64,000 nucleotides of DNA from Clostridia bacterium. Lineage in GTDB: Bacteria; Bacillota; Clostridia; TANB77; CAG-508. Under the pieces are notes generated by a model, which saw only the letters and a program-made list of their open reading frames with translations, did no database searches and was not told the origin of the DNA. Of the stretch, positions 50,577 through 59,306 are shown piece after piece. Position 1 is the first letter of the stretch. Each line of letters opens with the position of its first letter. Where the stretch lies: contig JAGBAJ010000038.1 of NCBI GenBank assembly GCA_017939755.1, forward strand, positions 15,216 to 79,215, read 5' to 3'. The position numbers and the translations under genes were made by a program.

Positions 50577-51833
50577 ATGAATATTGAATTAACAGAAACA
50601 ATAAAGAAACTAGAAAAATACAATCAAAGTGAAATAATTAATTTAATGAAAAATGTATATACAAATGAAGAATTGGATAAAATTACTAAACAAATTGATG
50701 GTCTTGATATGGAACAAGTTATGGATCTATATAATAATGCAACAAAAATACCAGATGTCTCAAAAAATAAAATAGAGCATATAGGCTATACAAATCTAAG
50801 CACTTTAGATGAAGAAAAGTTTAAAGAATTCAAGACAGCAGGAGAAGATATTATAAAGGCAAATAAGTATGCTGTTATAACAATGGCTGGAGGTCAAGGA
50901 ACAAGACTAGGACACAAAGGTCCAAAAGGTACTTTTAAAATTAATACCATAAATGGTGAAAAGTATTTATTTCAAGTAATAATAGAATCATTAATGAAAG
51001 CTAATGAAAAATATGGAGTTACCATTCCATGGTATGTTATGACTAGTGATGACAATAACAACCAAACAATTGATTCCCTAGAAAGTCACAATTATTTTGG
51101 ATATGATAAGGATAAAGTAAAGTTTTTTAAACAAGGTAAAGTACCAATGGTAAAAGTTGATGGAAATATCGTTGTTGATGAGAACAAGTTAATAAAAGAA
51201 GCTTCTGATGGAAATGGAAGTATTTACAAATCATTAAAAAGAGCAGGAATACTTGAGCAAATGAAAAACGATGGAATTGAATGGATTTTTGTTGGTGGAG
51301 TAGATAATATATTACTTAGAATTGTTGACCCAATATTAGTAGGTTTAACATCAACAGAAGGAAACTTAATATCATCTAAGTCAGTTGTTAAAAACAACCC
51401 TCAAGAGAAGGTTGGCGTCTTTTGCAAGCTTAATGGAGTTCCAAAGGTAATAGAGTATACAGAACTTCCAACAGAAATGGCAGAAGATATAGACGAAAAC
51501 GGACAATTGAAGTTTGGAGAAGTAAATATATTAAGCCATTTATTTAATATTAAGGCTTTAGAGAAACTTGCAGATGTAAAATTACCTTATCATACAGCAT
51601 TTAAGAAATCAAATTATTTAGATAAAGATGGAAAGCTAGTTGAGGTAACAGAGCCAAATGCATACAAGTTCGAATCATATATATTTGATGGTTTTAGCTT
51701 CTTTGATAATATGAGTATTTTAAGAGTAAAAAGAGAAGAAGAGTTTGCCCCAATAAAAAATGCTAGTGGATCAGATAGTCCTGAAACAGCTATAAATTTA
51801 TATAACGAATATGTAAAAAAATATAATAAATAA
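50577..51833 (+). CDS. UDP-sugar (UDP-GlcNAc-type) pyrophosphorylase, UDPGP family
   Basis: MAGGQGTRLGHKGPKGTF and DGNGSIY motifs. Confidence 0.75.
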   Translation: MNIELTETIKKLEKYNQSEIINLMKNVYTNEELDKITKQIDGLDMEQVMDLYNNATKIPDVSKNKIEHIGYTNLSTLDEEKFKEFKTAGEDIIKANKYAVITMAGGQGTRLGHKGPKGTFKINTINGEKYLFQVIIESLMKANEKYGVTIPWYVMTSDDNNNQTIDSLESHNYFGYDKDKVKFFKQGKVPMVKVDGNIVVDENKLIKEASDGNGSIYKSLKRAGILEQMKNDGIEWIFVGGVDNILLRIVDPILVGLTSTEGNLISSKSVVKNNPQEKVGVFCKLNGVPKVIEYTELPTEMAEDIDENGQLKFGEVNILSHLFNIKALEKLADVKLPYHTAFKKSNYLDKDGKLVEVTEPNAYKFESYIFDGFSFFDNMSILRVKREEEFAPIKNASGSDSPETAINLYNEYVKKYNK

Positions 51834-51923
51834 AGCATTATATAAAAAAGACGAATATTTCTATTCGTCTTTTTTTTGCACAATAAGATAATTATAATGC
51901 AAAAGTTAGTAAATTTGAATGTT

Positions 51924-52304
51924 TTACATTTCTTGGTCGCCAGGTAAAAAATAATCAACTACACCATAAATTAATGCTCCGATAATTGCTGCCATCCATG
52001 ATATAACATAACCAGCAACAAAATATTGTGTAATATATAAAACTACTGCTGATAATACAAATCCAACGAAACCTTTACCAAAAGGGCTGGCTTTTAATCC
52101 AGTAAATTTAGCAATTAAAAAGTCTATAACAGTAAGAACAATTGTTGCAATTGCTAATGCCCAGAAATTATTAATTTGAAAACCGGGTGTAAAAAAAGCA
52201 GTAATTGCTAGGACTATTCCTGCTGTAATTAAACGACCTATAACTTGCCATACAGTATTAGTAGAGTTATTTGCCTGACTATTTTCCATATGATTATCTG
52301 ACAT
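51924..52304 (-). CDS. Phage-holin-4-2/DUF360-type four-TM membrane protein
   Basis: 126 aa with four TM segments and the FFTPGFQINNFWALAIATIVLTVIDFLI pattern. Confidence 0.6.
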   Translation of the reverse strand: MSDNHMENSQANNSTNTVWQVIGRLITAGIVLAITAFFTPGFQINNFWALAIATIVLTVIDFLIAKFTGLKASPFGKGFVGFVLSAVVLYITQYFVAGYVISWMAAIIGALIYGVVDYFLPGDQEM

Positions 52305-52450
52305 AAAAACCTCCTTGTGTAAATGAATTACACATAAATAGCAATAGAATATAAACTGTATATTATATTGTTATTCTGTTATAGTATTAGCAGAATAATA
52401 AGAAATATACAAAGATATAAAATTAATTTTTGCATTATGAAAGAAATTGA

Positions 52451-52558
52451 ATCTAAATATAAATATATAATTTCATTACGTTCCTCGGCAGTCGAAAATT
52501 AGTAAATTAATTTTCTCGGCATTCGTCACTTCATTCAATTATATATTTAGATTTAGAT
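52451..52558. repeat. 108-nt inverted-repeat element with internal GC-rich direct repeats
   Basis: Arms 52451-52472 / 52537-52558 (21/22). Internal direct repeats tcctcggcagtcg and ttctcggcattcg. Confidence 0.7.
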
Positions 52559-52576
52559 GTATAGTTTTTATAATAA

Positions 52577-52787
52577 GTTACCAGTCAGCCATATTTGAAA
52601 GGATACGTAATAAAAAGTCTTAATATTTTATTTTACAGCTATCAAAACATAAATGTTTTGATACGGACGCTTTTGCTACTTAAAATAATTATCTAAAGAG
52701 ATAATTATTTTAGTACCTTGACGCTTACAAATATAAATATTAAGATTTTTTATTACATTATAATTTGGTCTAAGGCTGACTAGTAAC
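52577..52787. repeat. 211-nt nested inverted-repeat element
   Basis: Outer arms gttaccagtcagcc / ggctgactagtaac. Second tier gtaataaaaagtcttaatattt / aaatattaagattttttattac. Two inner hairpins atcaaaac..gttttgat and aaaataattatct..agataattatttt. Confidence 0.75.
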
Positions 52788-52883
52788 ATAATAGTTAAAA
52801 TGAAAAATATGAGAATATGTATTATTGCATTATTAAATTAAAAATGATAAAATCAAAAAAAATAAGGGATAGTGAGATTGGTA

Positions 52884-53780
52884 ATGGTAGAAGAGCTTAG
52901 GCAATGTGAGATATGTCCTCATAAATGTAAGGTTAATAGATTAGAAGGTAAAAAGGGAAGATGCAAATGTGACGATAAAATAAAAATTGCTTTAGCATCA
53001 ACTCATGATTATGAAGAGCCATGTATAAGTAAAATAAATGGATCTGGAACTATATTTTTTTCCAATTGTAATTTAAATTGCACATATTGTCAAAATTATG
53101 AAATTAGCCAAGAAGGAAAAGGTAAAGTAATATCAGTAGATCATTTGGCAGATATTTTTATCTCCCAGCAGAATAAAAATGTAAATAATATAAATTTGGT
53201 TACACCGACTATGTATGTTCCACAAATAATTGAAGCAATAAAGATTGCAAAAAGAAAAGGTTTGCATATTCCAATTATATATAATTCTAATGGCTATGAA
53301 AATATTGAAACGATAAAAATGTTAAATGGATATATAGATATTTATTTACCAGATTTAAAATATTATTCTAACGAATTATCAAAAAAATATTCCAATGTTG
53401 ATAACTATTTTGATATTGCGGTTAAATGTATTAAAGAAATGATAAGTCAAGTTGGAAGTCCCGAATTTGATGAAAATGGAATAATAAAGAAAGGTGTGAT
53501 AATTAGACATTTAATATTACCAAATCATATACTGAACACAAAAAAAGTATTAAGAAATATAAAGGGAATATTTGGTGACGACGTATATATTAGTGTAATG
53601 GCACAATATTTTCCTACTTATAAAGCAAAAGAATCTGAAAAGTTAAATAGAAAAATTACCAAAAAAGAGTATAAAGAAATTGAAAATTACTTATATTTAC
53701 TAGATTTAAAAAATGGGTACATTCAAGAATTGGGTGAGCATGAAGAAGAATATGTACCAAAATTTGATTTATCCGAATAA
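52884..53780 (+). CDS. Radical SAM enzyme (PflA/AmmeMemoRadiSam-like activase type)
   Basis: N-terminal CEICPHKCKV..GKKGRC and CNLNCTYCQNYEIS (CxxxCxxC). Confidence 0.75.
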   Translation: MVEELRQCEICPHKCKVNRLEGKKGRCKCDDKIKIALASTHDYEEPCISKINGSGTIFFSNCNLNCTYCQNYEISQEGKGKVISVDHLADIFISQQNKNVNNINLVTPTMYVPQIIEAIKIAKRKGLHIPIIYNSNGYENIETIKMLNGYIDIYLPDLKYYSNELSKKYSNVDNYFDIAVKCIKEMISQVGSPEFDENGIIKKGVIIRHLILPNHILNTKKVLRNIKGIFGDDVYISVMAQYFPTYKAKESEKLNRKITKKEYKEIENYLYLLDLKNGYIQELGEHEEEYVPKFDLSE

Positions 53781-53873
53781 TATGTCGTAAGTATTATGTT
53801 ACATATGTTATAAATTTATGATAGTAAGATAATTGTTATAATTTATATAAAGATTATATAAGGGGTGCTATTA

Positions 53874-54095
53874 ATGGAAGAAACTTTAGTAATAGATAGA
53901 ATAGAGGGTAACATAGCTATTTGTGAAAACAGATATAACAAAATTATAATTGAAATTAATCTATCAAAATTACCGGAAGGTTCTAAAGAGGGAACTATTA
54001 TAAAATATTTAGATGGAAAATACAGAATTGATGAAAAAGAGCAGTTAAATATAGAGAAAAGAATTGAACAAAAGATGAACGATTTATGGAACTAA
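53874..54095 (+). CDS. DUF3006-like small protein
   Basis: LVIDRIEGNIAICEN...LPEGSKEGTII pattern. It precedes an MBL-fold gene, as is usual for this family. Confidence 0.6.
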   Translation: MEETLVIDRIEGNIAICENRYNKIIIEINLSKLPEGSKEGTIIKYLDGKYRIDEKEQLNIEKRIEQKMNDLWN

Positions 54096-54131
54096 CAAAC
54101 GAAAAAAATTGTAAGGGGGCAAAAGAAAAAT

Positions 54132-55049
54132 ATGAAAAAGAACAATGCAAGAGGAAGTTTAATTGGATCTATTATTGTTATAGTAATGTTGCTTATTGCA
54201 GCAGTATTTGGATCCGATGATGGAAGTTTTTTTACTTCACAAGCTAGCAATGATCCAACTATTGAACAAGTAGAAGGGTTAGAAAATATAACTATATATA
54301 CAGGCAGTGATTGTATATCTCAAATACCAAACGACAATTCTTTAAGATTGTATTGCTTAGATGTTGGTCAGGGAGATAGTATCTTAATTGTAAATCAAGG
54401 AAAAACGATGCTAATAGATGCAAGCATAAATGAAATGGGAAGCACAGTTGTAAAATATTTAAAGGATTTAGGAATCACAAAGATTGATTATTTAGTTGGA
54501 ACGCATCCACACGAAGATCATATTGGTGGTTTTGATAATGTAATTAGAGAATTTGATATAGGTACGATATATATGCCAAAAAAAGCTTCAAATACTAAGA
54601 CATTTGAGGAAGTATTAGATGCAATAAAGGCAAAGAATTTAAAAGTAACAGCTCCAACTATTGGAACAAAATTTTCTATTGGTGATGCTAATTGTGAAGT
54701 AATGGCTATACAAAATGATGCAGAAGATACAAATGAAACATCAATCGTAATACAAATGGAATGCAATAATACAAAATATTTATTTACAGGTGATGCAAAT
54801 TATAATGTAGAAAATTCAAGAGCTTGGGAAGAAGTAGATGTATTAAAAGTTGGACATCATGGATCAAGAACAAGTACAACTAAAAAATTCTTAGATCAGG
54901 TAAAACCAAAGATTGCATTAATATCAGTGGGTAAAGATAATTCATATGGACATCCAACAGAAGATACATTAAAAAGGCTTAATAATATAGGCTCAAAAAT
55001 ATATAGAACAGATGAAAATGGTACTATTTTGATAGTTGAGAAAAAATAA
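54132..55049 (+). CDS. Membrane-anchored MBL-fold hydrolase (ComEC C-terminal-domain-like)
   Basis: LDVGQGDSILI, GTHPHEDHIGG, and VGHHGS. Confidence 0.8.
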   Translation: MKKNNARGSLIGSIIVIVMLLIAAVFGSDDGSFFTSQASNDPTIEQVEGLENITIYTGSDCISQIPNDNSLRLYCLDVGQGDSILIVNQGKTMLIDASINEMGSTVVKYLKDLGITKIDYLVGTHPHEDHIGGFDNVIREFDIGTIYMPKKASNTKTFEEVLDAIKAKNLKVTAPTIGTKFSIGDANCEVMAIQNDAEDTNETSIVIQMECNNTKYLFTGDANYNVENSRAWEEVDVLKVGHHGSRTSTTKKFLDQVKPKIALISVGKDNSYGHPTEDTLKRLNNIGSKIYRTDENGTILIVEKK

Positions 55050-55132
55050 AAACGAAATCGGCATATTGCAGAAAAAAATAAAAAAAGTAATAGACAAAGG
55101 CAAATTTGTATGGTAATATAATACATGCAAAT

Positions 55133-55219
55133 GCCGATGTGTTGGAATTGGTAGACGAGGCAGACTCAAAATCTGTTGTCAGTGATGGCGTGTGGGTTCG
55201 AGTCCCACCATCGGCACCA
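55133..55219 (+). tRNA. tRNA-Leu (anticodon CAA)
   Basis: 87 nt. Acceptor stem GCCGATG/CATCGGC, anticodon stem GCAGA/TCTGT with loop CTCAAAA, a long variable arm, T arm GTGGG-TTCGAGT-CCCAC, and an encoded CCA. Confidence 0.9.
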
Positions 55220-55221
55220 AC

Positions 55222-55252
55222 AAAAAGATGATACGAAGTATCGTCTTTTTTT
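55222..55252 (+). terminator. Terminator after tRNA-Leu
   Basis: aaaaagatgatac-gaa-gtatcgtcttttttt. Confidence 0.7.
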
Positions 55253-55255
55253 GTA

Positions 55256-55343
55256 GCCGTGGTGAGGACTCGAAAAGGCCGTAAAGCAAACAATCCAGTG
55301 GATTGCTTGTAGGCCGCGGGTAGAGCTAGCACCATCGGCACCA
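55256..55343 (+). other. GC-rich tRNA-sized segment ending in an exact copy of the tRNA-Leu 3' end (degenerate tRNA copy or att scar)
   Basis: 88 nt. It starts with GCCG and ends with CACCATCGGCACCA like the tRNA. The ends can pair (GCCGTGGTG / CACCA-T-CGGC). There is no intact T arm or anticodon arm. Confidence 0.5.
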
Positions 55344-55383
55344 ATGACATTTCTGTTCGAACAAATAGAACAGATTGATACAA

Positions 55384-55413
55384 AAATCATTCAGTAAAAT
55401 GGATGATTTTTTT
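55384..55413 (+). terminator. Intrinsic terminator
   Basis: Stem aaatcattc / ggatgattt followed by ttttt. Confidence 0.65.
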
Positions 55414-55524
55414 GTTTGCAAAAAATTATAGTAAACCCATTTTAGTATGTGTTTAACTAGCATAATTACCTCGCAGAGCCCTGAGTTATGATGGTACGTC
55501 ATAACTCATAGGGGGTTAGGACTT

Positions 55525-55734
55525 GTGGCAAAGCCAAAGTTCGTAGCTACGAAGAAATTTAATACTATGCTAAAAGAAATTAATGAAGAATATAGATCTA
55601 CTCTAATAAATTTTGCTAAATATAAGCTTGTAATGTTTACAATGAATAAATTTATGGATATGAGTGAAACAGAACGAAATAAAGTAGTTTTATATCTGTA
55701 TTTAAACATATATTGTAAAAAACAACAAAAATGA
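55525..55734 (+). CDS. Doubtful small basic ORF (69 aa)
   Basis: GTG start with a weak RBS. It contains a perfect 14-bp palindrome at its 5' end and the promoter of the next gene at its 3' end. Coding status is uncertain. Confidence 0.3.
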   Translation: MAKPKFVATKKFNTMLKEINEEYRSTLINFAKYKLVMFTMNKFMDMSETERNKVVLYLYLNIYCKKQQK

Positions 55735-55740
55735 TATAAT
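55713..55740 (+). promoter_or_regulatory. Extended -10 promoter for the two downstream orphan ORFs
   Basis: TTGTAA, 16-nt spacer, TGaTATAAT. Confidence 0.5.
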
Positions 55741-55771
55741 ATAATTGATTTATTTAAAGGAGAATAAACTA

Positions 55772-56200
55772 ATGAGTAAACAAGATAATGTGGATAAAAT
55801 AATAGAAATTCTAAAAAAAGGTGCATTAAAATTTCATGACGATTTTGATAAAAATTTAAAATATTATTTTATTGAAGAAAAAAAAGATGATAAAATAATA
55901 ATACACTTTAATATAAAATATGATAGAGAATTAGAATATTTAATTATATTTAAAAAGCAAAAAACAATTACTGACTATATTCCAAATGTAAAAGGTTATA
56001 ATAAATTAGATTTAAGTTTGAATCCATATAAAAATTTAAATTTTACAGATGAGAATACTATATTAAGCAATATTTATGATTATATAAAAGAAATAGATGT
56101 TGATGAAATTGCTTGTTACCAAAAGTTTGGAATAATATTAAGAAATCCTTTAGAATTAAAAGGAATTTATAATATTAATATAAAATATATAACTGATTAA
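55772..56200 (+). CDS. Hypothetical protein (142 aa), orphan
   Basis: RBS aaaggag 9 nt upstream of the ATG. No motif recognised. Confidence 0.55.
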   Translation: MSKQDNVDKIIEILKKGALKFHDDFDKNLKYYFIEEKKDDKIIIHFNIKYDRELEYLIIFKKQKTITDYIPNVKGYNKLDLSLNPYKNLNFTDENTILSNIYDYIKEIDVDEIACYQKFGIILRNPLELKGIYNINIKYITD

Positions 56201-56212
56201 GGAAGATAAAAA

Positions 56213-57817
56213 GTGATAGATGAAGTAAAAAAAATAAAATTAGAAGAATTAAATAATCAAAAAGTGCAATATGAAGGAAAAGAAAACACTATTAAACAAA
56301 GATTATATACAATAGGTAGCAAATTATGTAAACTTGAATGGGAACAGTCAAATGGAATAACTATAATAGACAATTTTTCTTTTTTAGAAAAATGGATTAC
56401 AAGAAGAAATGCTTATAAAAAATTCAAGGCACAATCTAAAAGGTTTTCTAAACTTTCAAAATTAATTAGAAAAGTTAAAAGTGAATTAGATGAAGAATAT
56501 GAGAAAGTTGAACATGAATTAGAATCATCAGGAATAAATGCAAAGCTTAAAGAAATTAGACAAAAAATGAGTTTAATAGAAGATGCAAGAACACTTTATG
56601 AGATAGGAATTACCCCCACAGATGCGATGGAACTTTTAGAGAGTAAAGGAATTCAACCTGTACTTTCTGAATCGGATAAATGTGTATTTTTGCATCCAAG
56701 AGATTATTCTTCAAAATCATCATTAATAGGAGTTCATAAAACCAGGTATGCACCAACTGCTAATATGATAAAATCAGCAAAAGATTCTAATGTGGAATAC
56801 AAAAAAAATATTACGATAAATGGAGTTGAATATGAATATTCCTTTAAATCGGCACGAGATACTGTTCATATGGCTATGAATGATGAAGTGTCATCACATA
56901 TGTATGGTTCTTGGGATGATTGCAAATATGCTGTTTTAATCCCATTTGATGATATACCTGATGAAAAAATCGGTCGTGCAGCACCAATGGACACTTTTAC
57001 ACGAGGAAGTATAGAATTATCAGAGCACACATGGATTTTATGCCCTAAAAATGAAGTTGAAAGATTAAAGATTTTTAATCCCAAAACGCATGTGTTAGGT
57101 TATGAAGGAGAAAATGTACAAGGATTTTCACAGCCTTTTTTGACACAATTAGGATATCGTGCTGAAGATGTTGACATGTGGAACTGGTCAAATGATGAAA
57201 GTGCTCATCAATTTTACGAACTAATGGCAAGAGAAGGGATTAAAACTGGTACACATACTTATACATATTTTCATGAAGATGAGCAACTTTTGGCAAGAAT
57301 AAATCAAGCAGTATCACTAAGTAAGTTATTAAGAGATAATCATTTAATTACGACTCCGGAAGATATTGAAAATATAATGAATCAATTGGCAGATAATTAT
57401 CAAAGCTTTGGATTTATTCTTTCTGATTTAGGCGAAAAGACTAGTATGGGAAGTGATGTAGAGCCACAATCAATAAAAGGAAATAAGAAACAAGTAAACA
57501 TTTTTCTAGAAGAAATGAAGAAAAACGGATTTAATATTTCTCCTGCCTATCAAGATATTATGAAGAAATTGTGCGTAATATCGATATTTGATTGCAATGA
57601 AAATTGCAGAGATGTGATTAATATTCCAGACGAAACTTCAGATGAGGAACGAAAGACAATAGAAGAATTACAAGCTGTTCTGGCCTCTAATAAATATATT
57701 GGTGTTAATGAAAAAAAATCAGCATTTGGTAAGTTTATTTCAACTGCAATATGTGAATCTATTTTATATTCACAAGAAAGAGATGTTTTAGCAGAAAAAT
57801 CACAAGAAGGAAGATAA
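56213..57817 (+). CDS. Hypothetical protein (534 aa), orphan, with an N-terminal coiled coil
   Basis: GTG start after aaggaag, 12 nt downstream of the previous ORF. The central polar block is IGVHKTRYAPT...SARDTVHMAMNDEVSSHMYGSWDD...AVLIPFDD. I see no P-loop, HNH, HD or HExxH motif. Confidence 0.65.
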   Translation: MIDEVKKIKLEELNNQKVQYEGKENTIKQRLYTIGSKLCKLEWEQSNGITIIDNFSFLEKWITRRNAYKKFKAQSKRFSKLSKLIRKVKSELDEEYEKVEHELESSGINAKLKEIRQKMSLIEDARTLYEIGITPTDAMELLESKGIQPVLSESDKCVFLHPRDYSSKSSLIGVHKTRYAPTANMIKSAKDSNVEYKKNITINGVEYEYSFKSARDTVHMAMNDEVSSHMYGSWDDCKYAVLIPFDDIPDEKIGRAAPMDTFTRGSIELSEHTWILCPKNEVERLKIFNPKTHVLGYEGENVQGFSQPFLTQLGYRAEDVDMWNWSNDESAHQFYELMAREGIKTGTHTYTYFHEDEQLLARINQAVSLSKLLRDNHLITTPEDIENIMNQLADNYQSFGFILSDLGEKTSMGSDVEPQSIKGNKKQVNIFLEEMKKNGFNISPAYQDIMKKLCVISIFDCNENCRDVINIPDETSDEERKTIEELQAVLASNKYIGVNEKKSAFGKFISTAICESILYSQERDVLAEKSQEGR

Positions 57818-57905
57818 ATTGTAATAAAAAGTACGATATACTTTAATAAATTGATTGATATTTGTATCAATCGTTAAGAAAGCTAAAAAGTTGTAGATAA
57901 CTACG

Positions 57906-57925
57906 CCATTTGCACCAACCAAAAG
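57906..57925 (+). repeat. Degenerate third copy of the tRNA-Leu 3' end and downstream bases
   Basis: ccatttgcaccaaccaaaag matches ccatcggcaccaacaaaaag (55208-55227) at 17 of 20 positions. Confidence 0.45.
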
Positions 57926-58004
57926 AGCCGTTTCCGTTAGGAATGCGGCTCTTTCCCTATATAGCAAAATTCCCCATCCTAAAACCTCAGGATAGGGAAT
58001 TTGC
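57921..58004 (-). terminator. Two tandem GC-rich hairpins downstream of purC
   Basis: Stems gcaaaattccccatcc / ggatagggaatttgc (57964-58004) and agagccg / cggctct (57924-57952). Confidence 0.7.
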
Positions 58005-58016
58005 TTTAGCAAATAC

Positions 58017-58865
58017 TTAAAACATCGAGCCGGTCAAGGTCTCGAATGCTTCGATATACTTACTGGATGTGGCAGAAACCACATCATCAGGAAGCAGCGG
58101 AGCAGGAGGAGTCTTGTTCCAACCACTATTCTTGAGCCAATCTCTCAGATACTGCTTGTCATAGCTTCGCTGAGATTTGCCGACTACATATTCGTCGACA
58201 GGCCAGAAGCGGCTGCTGTCTGGTGTCAGTACTTCGTCTGCCAGTACCAGAGTACCATCTTTATCAACGCCAAATTCAAACTTGGTGTCTGCGATGATAA
58301 TACCTTTGGCTCTTGCATATTCAGCACACATTGAATAGATTTCAATGCTCTTGTCTCTGAGCTGTGTTGCAAGCTCTTCGCCGATGAGTTCGATAGTTTC
58401 TTCAAAGGAAATGTGCTCGTCATGACCTTCTGTAGCCTTAGTTGTAGGCGTATAGATAGGTGTAGGGAGCTTTTCAGACTCTCTCAGTCCCTCAGGCAAC
58501 TGAATGCCACAAACGGAACCAGTCTTCTGATAGCTTTCCCAGCCAGAGCCTGTGATGTATCCGCGAACGATACATTCCACAGGAAGCATTTTCAGCTTTT
58601 TAACTAGCATGCAGCATCCTTTGGACTCTTTTGTCTGGAATTCCTCTGGCATATCTGCATTGTTGATAGAAATCATGTGATTAGGAATAATCTCCTTTGT
58701 GAAATCAAACCAAAATGCAGATAATCTGTTCAGAACAGCTCCTTTGTGAGGAACCATATTCGGCAAGACAACATCGAACGCTGAAACTCTGTCCGAAGTT
58801 ACCAAAACCAACTGGTTTCCTACATCGTAGATGTTCCGAACCTTACCGTGTCCGATCTGTTTCAT
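58017..58865 (-). CDS. purC: Phosphoribosylaminoimidazole-succinocarboxamide (SAICAR) synthase
   Basis: GKVRNIYDVG..LVLVTSDRVSAFD, ECIVRGYITGS, and IIIADTKFEFG. RBS aaaggtgg. Spot G+C is about 50%. Confidence 0.9.
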   Translation of the reverse strand: MKQIGHGKVRNIYDVGNQLVLVTSDRVSAFDVVLPNMVPHKGAVLNRLSAFWFDFTKEIIPNHMISINNADMPEEFQTKESKGCCMLVKKLKMLPVECIVRGYITGSGWESYQKTGSVCGIQLPEGLRESEKLPTPIYTPTTKATEGHDEHISFEETIELIGEELATQLRDKSIEIYSMCAEYARAKGIIIADTKFEFGVDKDGTLVLADEVLTPDSSRFWPVDEYVVGKSQRSYDKQYLRDWLKNSGWNKTPPAPLLPDDVVSATSSKYIEAFETLTGSMF

Positions 58866-59306
58866 AGTGTATTCCACCTTTCAAAAGTATTCGCTTTACA
58901 CTCGTTAGCGTTGAGTATATAAATACCTTACTATAAAGCATAAAACGTTGTTATTTTACCACAATTAACATAAAAAGTAAATATCTATTTAATTTATTTG
59001 TAATTAATACATGATAAAATAACCATAAAAATTTATAAACGAATATTATTATATTTGTAATAGTAATGGGATTATTTTTAACAGCCCTTTAAAAATTATT
59101 TATATATGAAAATAAATTGCATTATTTTGTTGGTATGGATGGAGATTATAATGCTAAAACTGGAATAGATGGGGAAGATGTAATAAAATTCATACAACGT
59201 GGAAAAGCAGATTAAATAAAATTGAAAGAGGGTTTATCCAATTGACAAAAGTCCGAAATAAGACTAAAATACAATAAAGAAAAAATAATTGTAAATAGAG
59301 GCAGAT

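Noticed and set aside
55024-55390. Minus-strand ORFs of 119 and 74 aa.
   Set aside because: They overlap tRNA-Leu and the GC-rich tRNA-like segment. Their openness reflects the locally high G+C, not coding.
58866-59000. Purine riboswitch or PurR box upstream of purC (minus strand).
   Set aside because: The leader has no three-way-junction sequence resembling the guanine/adenine riboswitch core (UAUAAU..GUUUCUACC..CCGUAAA-type blocks).
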